NCBI GenBank assembly: GCA_012295275.1
Contig: CM022666.1
Location: forward strand, 3,844,001-3,908,000
Reading direction: 5' to 3'
From: Chrysomallon squamiferum
Lineage: Eukaryota > Animalia > Mollusca
Length of the DNA stretch: 64,000 nt
Part shown: positions 1 to 30,780 of the stretch, one piece after another
Position numbering within the stretch: the first letter of the stretch is position 1
Layout of the letters: every line of letters begins with the position of its first letter
Notes under the pieces: generated by a model
What the model saw: the letters and a program-made list of their open reading frames with translations, nothing else
What the model was told of the DNA's origin: nothing
The model's database searches: none
Position numbers and translations under genes: made by a program

Positions 1-1184
1 GTAGAAATGTTTCATTAATCACAGATCATCATCATCATGCGGACTTCACCTCCACGAACTGATAATAACAAGATGCAGACGCCTAGAAGAAAAACAGACA
101 GTCGAAAAATAGAAATATTTATCCAGTTTCAAATCTACTTTTTCCATATATATATATATAAATATATATATATATATGTATATTCTAAGATTTTCCTTGT
201 TTTGTTTTTGTTGCTTTTTGTTTGGTTGGGGTTTTTCTAAATTTTTATTTTGTGATTATTTTTCTTTCTATTTTTTTTATTAAAAAAAGCTTTTTTTTTT
301 CTTTTTTTTCTATAAAATTAGTGTTTACCAATCAGGTATATCTCTTTTTTCACAGAATTTTTTTTTTTTTTTTTTCCAAACTCACAATGAGTAAAATATT
401 CAAATGAAAATAAATGAAAAATGAAAAAAATAAAATGAATATAAAGTTCCTCGAAATAAATTATAAACTACAGTGTGCACTATAGTTTTTCTAAGAAATA
501 TAGCTGGTGAGATGTTTGATAAATTAAGGAAAAATATTTTTAATTAAAAGAAAAAAAAAGAAAAAAAGAAAAGCAAATAAGTGAGTGAAAAAATTAGAAT
601 AATTTAATTTTGTAATTTAAATTATTGAACACGATGAAAAAGGAGAAAATTCCAACAAAAGTATATTTTTAAATATTTAAAAGAAAGCCAAAATCTAACT
701 TGGACCCTTAAAATGTATAAAGATACCTACATAAAACCCAAACAGCCATTTTGAATTTATAAATATTCTACCAACTCACTGAAAACAAAACATGCAGAAC
801 ATATAACTAATTCATGCTTTTTCTTTTTTTTGCTTTTCTCTTTTCAGCCTGTTTTATATTTTTTTTTTTAAAAAAAAAATATGCATGGTTTCAAAAGGTC
901 CAGTTTTCTAGGACAAAATTAAAAAATCCACAAGCCAATAATACTTTGATGCTTTTAGTCACCAAATCTTTCTAAAACTGATCAGGAGTGTTCATTTTTA
1001 TATTTTAGCCAAATAAAGAATGAAGGTTAATTTAAACAGTTTTAAAAGTAATTATTCTATTATTTTTGTTTGATTTGATTTTTTTTTTTTTTTTTTTTTG
1101 TGGAGGTTTTTTATGTTTTTTTTTTTTTTTTTAATTTTAAATTTTTCTTAATTATTATCTATGGCATTATTTTTATTAATACAT

Positions 1185-1227
<43 letters not shown>

Positions 1228-2103
1228 TTTTATATTTACTTTAATTTGTTGTTTTTTTAATTTACTATTATTATTATTTCATTTTTTTTATAAATATTCA
1301 CTATTTTTTTTTTTGACTAAAGACAGCAGTCAATATTAATTCTTAAAATTTCTTTTCCATATCAATCTTTTCCATTATTTTCAACTGACCTCTTTTTTTG
1401 TTGACATATCAAAGGTTATGGTATGTGCTGTTCTATGTACACAAATGTATATGCATGAATAATGAAATAGCACAGCAATTTTGTTCTCAAAGTTGAATGC
1501 TGGAATAAGTGTTATTAAATGTTTGTTATGAATTAGTAAATAAACATAACTAACAATCTAACTATTGTTAAAAAATTAAACTTTAGCAATTTAGTATCAG
1601 AAATAAATTTATTTAAATTTACTTTGTTAAATCTGCTAATGCTAAATCTTGAGAGGTGTTACTTATTTGTAATTTAGAAATTAATAATGTATAATTTACT
1701 TTATTATTATATATATGTTGTTTTTTTGTTGTTTTTTTTGTGTTTTTTTTACTCAAATATAAATTGCAGATTGAAAGAAAAATCTATTATTAGATGCATT
1801 TTCTTTCTTCCTGTTACTATTTTATGAACATTATTTATCTCTTATTTTTATTTTGTTTGATTTCTGCTTTGTTCTTGTTCAAAATTTTATTTTGATTATA
1901 TAAATTTTATTATTACTATTTATTTATTTATTTATTTAGTAATATTTACTTATTTATTATTTTATTTTATTTTATTTTATTTTGTGAACACTCCTGACTA
2001 CCAAATTGCTAAAAAAAACATCTACGTAAGTATAAGATTATAAAAAATAAAAAATTAAAATATTCGACAGGCAAACTCTTTTCTCACTGTATACTCAACT
2101 TAC

Positions 2104-11712
<9,609 letters not shown>

Positions 11713-12041
11713 TTTGATTTAGTTACTGGCCAAATTTTTGCAAAAAAAAAACAAAAACCCTCCTTTTCAGGTTTAATCCAGGTCAAAATATTTACAAAAT
11801 GTTTTCTTTTTTTTTTCTTTTGTTATTTTTTTTTTATTCATAAGTGCATTTTCATGGTTGGTGAGTTAGTCATAACGTTCTTTCCATGACAAAATCTATC
11901 TAATAAATAAAAAAAATAATAAATAAATTATATTTTACAAAACTATACTGTATGTTTGTGTGCTTCTTTTATCATCCTCAAACATTTATGGTTGTTCTCT
12001 TTGTGAAACAGGGTCATTCTGAAAATAAAATAACAGGTTTA

Positions 12042-12101
<60 letters not shown>

Positions 12102-12439
12102 TTAAAAGGTTTATTTATAGCGCAGCACGTCTCAAAGAAAACAAGGTAAGAACGCAATTAATAAACAAGGAATCCTGGAAAGCAACATGAAATAAGACAT
12201 AAATTTTGATAAAGAAGGGGAAAAAAAACACCCAAATAATGGAAATTTCATGGCCTATAGGAAACTGATAAAAATAATATTATTTTAATTTAACTTATTT
12301 TTCACTTACATTATTTAGAAATAATCAAATATTTACTGAGTATGAAATATCTTATCTAAAAGTTCAAGATTTTCATTTTCTGTTTTAATCATGAAATGCT
12401 CGATTTTAATATTTTCATTTCTGCAATAAATGGAGCTAA

Positions 12440-12912
12440 TTTCAAGTTCGCGCCAACAAAAAGTTGGAGTAACAGTAATCGCTTGCCTGGCAAAAGTCGT
12501 ACGTCACCGGGCTGTGACATATCTGACCCACTTAAAGCTAAAAACACCTGACAAATGTCAACAGGTTTTAACATTTCTTCAAAGGAAAAGAAAAATGATT
12601 GGCCTACTAAATTATTCATGAGAACCGGAAGTTAGTGTTCGTTTATATCCGTACACAATCGTAAGAAATATATAAATTCTCTGTTTCTGAGATGAAATAA
12701 TAATTAATGAAATGATAAAATAAAATAAGCGGCTTCAAAAATTAGTTTGAGCCGATATTGTGTACTGAATAATGTTTTATTCGTCAGTATGTTTATAAAA
12801 TGTATTATTAAAAAAAGATAAATATCGAATCGTGACCTAACCTTCAAGAGTTATTTCTCTTGATTTGACATAAAAGATGTCAGCGCCCATTGAAAGTACT
12901 TGATAAGATCAG
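12440..12912. promoter_or_regulatory. Bidirectional promoter region NALCN/MARS2, including the MARS2 non-coding first exon
   Basis: CpG-enriched patch between head-to-head genes; ETS-type CCGGAAGT 12625-12632; reverse CCAAT (ATTGG) ~12598; YY1-like AAGATGTCAGCG ~12874; donor CAG/GTATGT at 12912/12913. Confidence 0.6.
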
Positions 12913-13038
12913 GTATGTCATGTACAATGCAAATAGTATTATGTAGAATGAATAATTATATCAAAAAACTATTGTGCCTCATCAATAACAATAGGATCAT
13001 TTTCGCAAACACTTCTGGCTCATTTAACTTTGTTGTTG

Positions 13039-13109
<71 letters not shown>

Positions 13110-13491
13110 TTATTACTACTGGTGATACTACTTTTATTTTTATTTTTTATTCTAATTATTATTATGAATAATATTATTTTTTCTCAATATATTCTGTTTG
13201 ATTAAATGCATAAAAATAGTGAACTTCAATAATAATGATTATTAATATAGATAATATACCTTTATTAGATAAATAAATGATTAAATATGTAAAAGGAAAT
13301 GATTTTTTAAAAAAATTAATAATTAATAGATTAATTCGAAAAATCTGATTTTATCACAAAATGATAAATAAATTATCATTTTAAATTTACACACATTAGA
13401 AAATATTTAAACTGATTTATTATTATTATTTTTTTTTAATGGAAAACGTTCTTGTACTGCATTCATTTTTCTTTTTTTTTTCTTTTAGAAT

Positions 13492-20825
<7,334 letters not shown>

Positions 20826-21664
20826 TGAAAAGCAAGAAAGAAATTTTATATTAAAAAAAAAAAAAAAAATTACTTTCTTAGACTGACTTGTACCTGTGTT
20901 TCAGTGAGAATGACATTTTCAAAAATTAAAAGACAAAAGTAGTGCTACAAACATTATTATCTTTGATTTTTTGTTTTCCCACAATGAATCTCTCACACTC
21001 ACACACACAGACATATATATTTCTGTATTCTTTCTGGTAAAAGAAACAGCAATGCAAAGATAAATTAATTTTATAACATTTTAAAATAAATTGTTTTATA
21101 TTTTTTCATACTAAATAAAAAATAAATACATATTTTAACTTAATTAGTTTTGTGTAATTATTTATTTCTTAACCAAATGATGCATAATATAAAAAGTGCT
21201 ATTAACATTTTTCACTACTTGCTAATAACTTAAAAAAGTAAATAAATAAATTATTTTAAGCATGTGTTGACATTTTAAGAAAATTTTTAAGGAAATCTGT
21301 TCACTGTAAGTGAAGAATTTCAACAGTAACTTTCTTCAATTTTCTTATTATTACATTTATGTTTAGTTGTTGTTGAAGATGTATTTATTTATATTATTAG
21401 GAAGACATGCTAAAATTATGAACATTTGCTTATAAAATCAAAGGTCACAGAAGCTGAATAATAGATTTGATTCATTTATTCAATAACAATCACACAAAAG
21501 GCATGTTGTTATTTAACAAAATAAATATTGTAAGAACATATTTTAAAAACAATCAAAAGAATGATACTTGTAAAATTTGCTGATACATGTAACACAAATG
21601 TATAAGTAAGATAAAATAATTATTATGTTGTTATTTTCATTTTATTTTTTTTTTTTTTTTTTTT

Positions 21665-24600
21665 TTAATCGTGTAAACTGCCAAGTTGCATATTGATATT
21701 ATCAAGTTTTTGATCAGATGAAGACATGCGAGCCACAATTTGTTTTAACGATGACTGAACACTTTCCATTTTATCTGCAAGAGTTCCTACGTGATTCAGG
21801 GTGTCAGCTGACAACTTCACCGAAGTGCTTAGCAGTGCAGATTCGATGCTCTGATTTCTGTCAGGCACCTTCTTGTTCTGGTACCAGATGCAGCACGGAC
21901 AGGTTTTGCACGGGACTTCCTTGTCCACAGCACTGTCCATTTCATCTACTGGTTCCTGCTTTTCCACACTCAAGGAATCTCTTACAACAAAGAATCCATT
22001 TTCTTCCAGGAAGTCGAGAAGACTCGATATTTTGATGGTGCTTTGGCCTCCAGCTTTTGCTATGAGTGTAGATTCTTTGACGAGAAAGAATTCTGATGCT
22101 GTACGTACCTAAAAATAAAAATAAAATAAAAGTGAAAAAATAAATAAATAGTTGTCTGACTTTTTTTTTAAGATACTTCATAGATTTTTAAATTAATTAT
22201 TAATTTTTCTTTTCTTTTTTGAATTCTATGGGAGGAAATTATTATTATTTTTTTTTTGAGAACAATATTCATTTTATTATTATTACTGTTTTAATTTTAA
22301 TAGTTAGTGTAGATAATACTATGTGAACATAAAATAACTGATTATTAGTTGTCATATGGTGATATATAATAAAAAATTTTTTTTTTAAAAGTACATATGA
22401 TTGTTATCAGAGGAAACTCACTATAGCAACAAAAAAAATGTTCAAGGTGAAAATGAAAAAACAAAAAAAGAAAGATTTACCTGCTCTTTAATTTCCTGGT
22501 ATTTTTTTCTACGGTCATCAGGTTTGCAGGATTTCAAACATTTAGTCTGTAAATGTTGCTCCAGATTCAGCTGACTAGTTCTGCAGTAAGGGCAAGGCAT
22601 AAACAATCAAAACTGCAAAATAATTTAAATAATTATTTCAAGTATTTTACATCACAGACAAGGTAAAATTACTTAATAATTTAAATAAAACCGCAAATAA
22701 AATATTTCTAATAGTTATTTCTATTGCTTTACACTATGGGCAAGGTATAAGTTGCAAAATAATTTTAAAAAAAAAAATAATAATAATAATTATAATAGTT
22801 AATTCAATTGCTTTACAATGTGGGCAAATCACAAACTTAACAAAAGTACAAAATATTTTTAATAAAGCAAAAAATAAAATATTTATAACAGTTATTTCAA
22901 TTGTACACAGAATAGACAAGGCATAAATATCAAAATAAAAACTAAAACTGCAATGTAATTTAAATAAAACAATAAATAAAATATTGACAATTTTTATTTC
23001 AACTACATTATAACTATATTAAAACTAAACACTAAAAATAAATAAAATAAAATCGAAGAATTTTACCACATGGAAAGGGCATGAATGGATCAAAAACATA
23101 AACTGAAGTTCCATTTCTTTTTTTCTTCTTTTTATTAAAGTTTATAATTTAAGAAATATTTCAGTTTTTCATAATCAAAGGAAAGATTACCTGTCCTCAA
23201 TTGCTGACACTGAACTTGCGTCTGAATCTATCGTCAACTCAGCATTATCTTCAGACAATCTTGAAATAAAATTTAAAATTTTAAAATTGTCATTTTTTTT
23301 TTTTTTAAATGTCACATATATATAATATATCCACAATGCCAAGTCAGTGCAAAAACAGCTGAACTTCGACAATAAACCCTATGCTTTAATGAAACCCTAG
23401 ACAAAAAAATACTTGGGTGTCAAATTCAGAGAATTCAGAAACCAAGGTCAAAAACAAAAATGTTATGAGAATAATCACAGCTCTTGGAGGTATATAGAAT
23501 GAAAGTATTTAAAACGAATCAATCATTATGAATAAAATGCCTAATTAGATGTCTGTTGTCATCATTTTAAGGCATAACATCCAGTTTATATCAAAGACCA
23601 GGTTAAGTCACAGCTTTTGGAAGCAAATAAAGACAGAGGGCTGGGTATTGCTAAATATAAATTCACTATGTTGATCAAGACTTCTCTGAGGCACTGGCAA
23701 GATCGGGATATACCTAGAAAGTTTCTCTAAGAACAATAGTGTCGGGTCAACCATTTTTATGTTACGTGGGAATAAAATTAGTGACACAGGTAGTAAAAGA
23801 TTCTTTAAATGCATGTTTCCATGGAAATTTCAGTTTAAATATTGTTATTACCTACTACTTTTTCTCTGATGTTCTGTGCCATTCTCCTCACAATTAGAGT
23901 GTTCAACACTGCAAAATACAATGACTTTTATAAATTTAGTCTGACATTTTTCATTTTTTATTTTTTCATTTGACTTTCTTTTCAAAATTTAAATAATTTT
24001 GGCAGTTATTATTATTTTCTTTATTATATTTTTACTAATATTAAAGTTTCTCCAAAAACAATAGTGTCAGTTCAGCCATTTTTATGTAAAATGGTAATAC
24101 AATTAGTGACATGTGTAGCAAAAGATTCTTTAAATGCATATTTCCATGGTAATTTTAGATTAAATATTGTTATTACCTCCTCTTTTTTCTTTGAAGTTCT
24201 TTACCATTCTCCTCACATTTAGAGTGTTCAGCACTGCAAAATACAATAACTGTTATAAATTTAGTCTGACATGATAAAGAAATAATTTTCTTTCCTTGTA
24301 ATTTAGTTAAATTTATTACCTTTTTTAATTTTAATTTTAATTTTTTTTTTTTTTTATATATATATATATATATATATCCAGCTATTCAGTAGAAAATTAT
24401 GTTTGATCAAAAAATATATTTTTCATTTTTCTTTCTTTTCAAAATTTAAATAATTTTGGCAGTTATTATTATTTTCTTTATTATATTTTTACTAATATTA
24501 AAGTTTCTCTAAAAACAATAGTGTCAGTTCAGCCATTTTTATGTAAAATGTAATACAATTAGTGACATGTGTAGCAAAAGATTCTTTAAATGCACATTTC

Positions 24601-25263
24601 CATGGAAATTTTAATTTAAATAATGTTATTACCTCCTCTTTTTTCTTTGAAGTTCTGTACCATTCTCCTCACATTTAGAGTGTTCAGCACTGCAAAATAC
24701 AATAACTTTTATAAATTTAGTCTGACATGGTAAAGAAATAATTTTCTTTCCTTGTAATTTAGTTAAATTTATTACCTTTTTTAATTTTAATTTTATTTTT
24801 ATTTTTTTTTATATATATATATATATATATATATCCAGCTATTCAGTAGAAAATTATGTTTGATCAAAAAATATATTTTTCATTTTTCTTTCTTTTCAAA
24901 ATTTAAATAATTTTGGCAGTTATTATTATTTTCTTTATTATATTTTTACTAATATTAAAGTTTCTCCAAAAACAATAGTGTCAGTTCAGCCATTTTTATG
25001 TAAAATGTAATACAATTAGTGACACTTGTAGTAAAAGATTCTTTAAATGCACATTTCCATGAAAATTTCAGTTTAAATATTGTTATTACCTCCTCTTTTT
25101 TCTTTGATGTTCTGTTCCATTCTCCTCACATTTAGAGTGTTCAGCACTGCAAAATACAATAACTTTTATAAATTTAGTCTGACATGGTAAAGAAATAATT
25201 TTCTTTCCTTGTAATTTAGTTAAATTTATTACCTTTTTTAATTTTATTTTTATTTTTTTTTTT

Positions 25264-25311
<48 letters not shown>

Positions 25312-28300
25312 AGCTATTCAGTAGAAAATTATGTTTGATCAAAAAATATATTTTTCATTTTTCTTTCTTTTCAAAATTTAAATAATTTTGGCAGTTATTA
25401 TTTTTTTTTTTATTATATTTTTATTAATATTAAAGTTTCTCCAAAAACAATAGTGTCAGTTCAGCCATTTTTATGTAAAATGTAATACAATTAGTGACAT
25501 GTGTAGCAAATGATTCTTTAAATGCATATTTCCATGAAAATTTTAATTTAAATAATGTTATTACCTCCTCTTTTTTCTTTGAAGTTCTTTACCATTCTCC
25601 TCACATTTAGAGTGTTCAGCACTGCAAAATACAATAACTTTTATAAATTTAGTCTGACATGGTAAAGAAATAATTCTCTTTCCTTGTAATTTAGTTAAAT
25701 TTATTAAGTGCTTAATTTTATTACCTTTTTTAATTTTAATTTTAATTTTAATTTTTTTTTTTATATATATCCACCTATTGAGTAGACAATTATGTTTGAA
25801 CAAAAAATATATTTTTCATTTTTCTTTCTTTTCAAAATTTAAATAATTTTGGCAGTTATTATTATTTTCTTTATTATATTTTTACTAATATTAAAGTTTC
25901 TCTAAAAACAATAGTGTCAGTTCAGCCATTTTTATGTAAAATGTAATACAATTAGTGACATGTGTAGCAAAAGATTCTTTAAATGCACATTTCCAAGGAA
26001 ATTTTAATTTAAATAATGTTATTACCTCCTCTTTTTTCTTTGATGTTCTTTACCATTCTCCTCACATTTAGAGTGTTCAGCACTGCAAAATACAATAACT
26101 TTTATAAATTTAGTCTGACATGGTAAAGAAATAATTCTCTTTCCTCGTAATTTAGTTAAATTTATTAAGTGCTTAATTTTATTACCTTTTTTAATTTTAA
26201 TTTAATTTTATTTTTTATATATATATATATCCAGCTATTCAGTAGAAAATTATGTTTGATCAAAAAATTTATTTTTCACTTTTCTTTTTATAATTTAATT
26301 TTTTTTGGCAGTTATTATTATTTTCTTTATTATATTTTTACTAATATTAAAGTTTCTCCAAAAACAATAGTGTCAGTTCAGCTACAATTTCATGTGTAGC
26401 AAAAAATTTCAGTTTAAATAATGTTATTACCTCCTCTTTTTTTCTTTGAAGTTCTTTATTTTTTTTTTAGAGTGTTTGCAAAATAATTTAAATTTTTTTG
26501 GTAAAGAAATATTCTTTTTATTTTGTAATTTATTAAATAATTTTTTACCTTTTTTAATATTAAAAGTATTTCTCCAAAAAAAAAAATATTTTTGTCAGTT
26601 AAATATTTTTGGCAGTTATTATTATTTTTTTTAATTATATTTTTACTAATATTAAAGTTTTTTTAGTTGTAAAATGTAATACAATTAGTGACATGTGTAG
26701 CAAAAGATTCTTTAAATGCACATTTCCATGGAAATTTCAGTTTAAATAATGTTATTACCTCCTCTTTTTTCTTTGAAGTTCTTTACCATTCTCCTCACAT
26801 TTAGAGTGTTCAGCACTGCAAAATACAATAACTGTTATAAATTTAGTCTGACATGGTAAAGAAATAATTCTCTTTCCTTGTAAATTAGTTAAATTTATTA
26901 AGTGCTTAATTTTATTACCTTTTTTAATTTTAATTTTTATTTTAATTTTTATATATATATCCAGCTATTCAGTAGACAATTATGTTTGAACAAAAAATAT
27001 ATTTTTCATCATTCTTTCTTTTCAAAATTTAAATATTTTTGGCAGTTATTATTATTTTTTTATTATATTTTTACTAATATTAAAGTTTCTCCAAAAACAA
27101 TAGTGTCAGTTCAGCCATTTTTACGTAAAATGGTAATACAATTAGTGACATGTGTAGCAAAAGATTCTTTAAATGCACATTTCCATGGAAATTTTAGATT
27201 AAATATTGTTATTACCTCCTCTTTTTTCTTTGATGTTCTGTTCCATTCTCCTCACAATCAGAGTGTTCCACACTGCAAAATACAATAACTTTTATAAATT
27301 TAGTCTGACCTGATCAAGAAATAATTCTATTTCCTTGTAATTTATTTAAATTTATTAAGTGCTTAATTTTATTACTGTTTTTAATTTTTTTTTATGTATC
27401 CTACTATTGAGTAGACAATTACGTTTGATAAAAAAATATATTTTTCAGTTTTCTTTCTTTTCATAATTTAAATTGTTTTGGCAGTTATTATTATTTTCTT
27501 TATTTTATTTTTATTAATATTATTTGATATTGTCATTACCATACAAGTCTTATTATTACTGCTATTAATGTTGAAGAAGTTTCAGGCAGGATTTTTTTTT
27601 TATTGTCTTTTTGTTGTTGATCAATTTTGCTACCTTTGATTTGATTTCTTTCTTTTAGGGAAATATTTGATCCACTATTCAAGGAAACTAAAAAATGTTA
27701 CTTCTTACTTGTAAAGACGCCAAGGTTTTAAAAAGGTCATCTTGTCATAGTATCTCCACGATACACTTTTTCGTTTTTCTCCAGTCAAGTTCATCTCTTC
27801 ATTTTCTATTCGTTTATCAATTCTTTGAAATGAATCTCGTAGATTTTTCCATATTCGTCTGCAGTCTTCGACTATATAAATAAATAAAAACTATATAAGA
27901 AATCAGAACATTCGGCAACAAAAATTAATTTAAAAACAAATTACTAAATAATAAAAATAATAATAATATTAAAAACTAAAACAAATATATATATATATAT
28001 AAAAATAATGTAATAATGAGAATTTAATAATAACAAAAAGGGTAATGAAGTTTATAAATATATTTGTATATTCATTACTTTAATGTATAGGCCTATGTGT
28101 TAAATTAAATGAGAATATCAACATTGTTTCATTCAGACCATAATTTATTTATGATAATGCAAAATGATTTCTAAAACCCTTTTTCATTCTCTAATGAATA
28201 TATATAACCATTAATATAATTAATTGTAACCCGATATATCAAGAATATAACAAGTATACTCAAGTTGTACTAACTTACAGTAACACAAAAAGTATTTAAA

Positions 28301-28792
28301 ATTAAATATACATTTAAAAATAAACTTAAAAAAAAAAAAATGTGTTATTCATTTCTAGCAATGCAGTATCAAAATATACTTTATGTCCGATGCACAATAA
28401 ATAAATTATATGAGGCTAATTATTTACAATTATTGTAAATATTAATGTAACTTTGTAAGGTATTAAGTTAAACTGAATTATAAATACGTCCGCTCAATTT
28501 CACCTTTCTTCATATTTTCTTGTGATTTATTTACTACAATTATTTATATCACTTCCACTACTATTGACTTCCACTACTAATGTACTTCGACTAGCTAATC
28601 GTCTGTTTAAAACAACAAAGAATTTGACTGGGTTAAGCAAATACACTTACCATCCTCCGACAGAGCAAAGGCTATCTCACACCACAGCTTGTCGTTCACC
28701 GTTTTATTTCGGTAGTCATTGTCGCTCGGGTCGTAAATGGACGGATGTTTTTGTATTCGTTCAATTAACCTGAGTTTCTGCCGGACATCCAT
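21665..28792 (-). CDS. MADF (Myb/SANT-like, Adf-1 type) domain protein with tandem repeated exons and a C-terminal coiled-coil-like region
   Basis: Exon 28651-28792 (MDVRQKLRLIERIQKHPSIYDPSDNDYRNKTVNDKLWCEIAFAL) plus 27709-27870 (VEDCRRIWKNLRDSFQR..SWRYYDKMTFL) give a typical MADF pattern. These are followed by 57-nt repeat exons, then 23191-23259, 22481-22580 and terminal exon 21665-22108, all phase-compatible GT-AG. Confidence 0.85.
23740..27510. repeat. Tandem array of ~460-bp units, each carrying a 57-nt exon
   Basis: Near-identical units. Intact exon copies (- strand): 27216-27272, 26759-26815, 26026-26082, 25565-25621, 25090-25146, 24633-24689, 24177-24233, 23852-23908. One garbled copy at ~26431-26476. 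Confidence 0.93.
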
Positions 28793-28849
28793 GCCTATAG
28801 TATGCTAAATATCAAAAATGAACTATTTAGTATAATTTACACAGTTTCG

Positions 28850-29010
28850 TTTAAGTCCGGAGAAATATTTCCCCTGAATATGGGTCGTTTCGAACAATTC
28901 GCGTCATGACGCCGAGCTGAGTCGGTCGCTTATCGACGTGTCGAGTCGTTGTACTCCACTGTAAGTGACGTCACAAGATATAGTTTCAGAAACAGATACG
29001 CTGGTAAAAG
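28850..29010 (-). promoter_or_regulatory. CpG-rich promoter of the MADF gene with a CRE
   Basis: Dense CpG just upstream of ATG 28792; palindromic TGACGTCA at 28966-28973. Confidence 0.6.
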
Positions 29011-29764
29011 TAAAAAAAAAAAAAACTGTGACTTATAAACAACGAGCTAGTCACTAGTATACTAATAAGGTATCACAAATCACTCTTTTGTAAACTGTTA
29101 TACTGTGTTTTTCGACTTTCATACCGAACTCCCTTCGTTACCCGGGATCTCAGTTAAAGATTATATTTCAAACTGGGCATGTTCTAAAACGAGATACCAT
29201 TGAAACAAACTGCAAGAGATATGCGGATTTAAGTTTAAATTATATATACATGGAACTTGATAACAATGACTGGAAATCAGATTATTACGGAGAAAATTAA
29301 AATGTATTTTAACATGAAAAATCACAAATTGAGCATAATCTTGCGGAGATGATAAATGATAAATGAAATATAAACACCGAGTATCTCACAGTTTCAAACC
29401 AATATACATATATTATTAGATCAAAATGAAGCTTTTCGTGAGTTCTAGAGCTATACAGTATTTTTAAGCATATTGCTAGCAATCGTAGATTTTAATTAAT
29501 TAATTAGCTCAAATGTACCTTACTCTTTAATTATGTCATTCTTAATAACTCCACTGAAATTAAACCAGTATGCTAAAAGATTTTTTTATTATTATTATTT
29601 TGTTACGTATTAGTTAATAACATTAAATTGCGTTAATTTCCCTTATCCTTTCCTTATACAGATTCATTTTATTATTATTATTTTTTTTTTTTTTAAATGC
29701 AGCCCCGGGATAAAGCAAATGTATTGCGCACCCTAACCCGTTGAAATTAGCCATCCGCGAGCCC

Positions 29765-29878
29765 GGGATACGGAAAAAAAATAGCACCGGAAAAAAATAG
29801 CACCTGGAAAAAATGACACCCGGAAGAAATGGCACTGTGCAGATATGAAAAAAAAAAAAAAAATGGCACCTGAAAAAT
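29765..29878. mobile_element. Probable Mutator/Foldback-like terminal remnant
   Basis: Five modular GGAAAAAAAT(A/G)GCAC-like subrepeats resembling MULE/foldback TIR modules; no partner end found. Confidence 0.45.
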
Positions 29879-30173
29879 ATTTTTTATTGCTTATTGACAT
29901 TTAGTTATTGGTAGTAGGTGAAGTCTTGCTTTCAAAAACAGTTCATTATTGCACATAAAAAACACTTTAAAAAACCAGTGCTTCAAAATTTTAAATAATG
30001 ATTTAATGTCAGAAATAATATAAACTGTAGCTAATATCATCTTTAGCAATCGTTGACAGTTCATAATTAAATGGTCATTCAAAACAAATGTAAACCAAAC
30101 CAACCCCAACACCCATATATGTGTGTGTGCATGTGTATGTGTGTATGTATTTATGTATGTATGTATGTATGTA

Positions 30174-30525
30174 CGTCAGAGGTTACATCAGCAGTTTCCA
30201 GGTGCGTGGATTGGTCAGCGTCGTCCTGTGGAATGGCTTCTCAGATCCCCAGACCTTACCCCACTTGATTTTTACCTCTGGGGGGATTTGAAGGCCATGG
30301 TGCATCAGGAAAAGACACAAAACATAAATCATCTCAAGCAACGTATCACCAACACCATTACAAGCATCACTCCAGCTGTGCTTGAACGTGTTCTTCAGCA
30401 GTGGAGGACACGGAATGTAATGTGTTTTCAACATAATGGCAGTTGTGTAGAGCATATTATATAAGTAAAAATGTTTTTTCATATAAAAACTTTATTTTTC
30501 CTATGTATGGAATTTTAAGGGACAC

Positions 30526-30529
<4 letters not shown>
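30174..30529 (+). mobile_element. Tc1/mariner transposon 3' fragment (transposase C-terminus plus right TIR)
   Basis: FPGAWIGQRRPVEWLLRSPDLTPLDFYLWGDLKAMVH..HNGSCVEHII is a WIG/SPDLTPLDFxLWG-type mariner-like C-terminus; ends GGGACACCCTG (TIR CAGGGTGTCCC); 5' truncated at a microsatellite. Confidence 0.9.
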
Positions 30530-30571
<42 letters not shown>

Positions 30572-30780
30572 CACATACACATATAAACACACACACACAC
30601 ACATATATATACAGCGTATTTGCTGAGACCATAACACATCTCAATAAGTACCTGCAACTTCATATGTCGACATGAAATTTGGCATCATATGACAGTAAGG
30701 CACAATCTGCAATTTGCTTGTGATTTAAAGTCCCGAATAAACTTACGTTAGTCTCGAGATGACCATTTTAAAACAGAATA

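Noticed and set aside
23740-27510. CRISPR-like repeat-spacer array
   Set aside because: Eukaryotic context; whole ~460-bp units are duplicated with no unique spacers and no cas genes.
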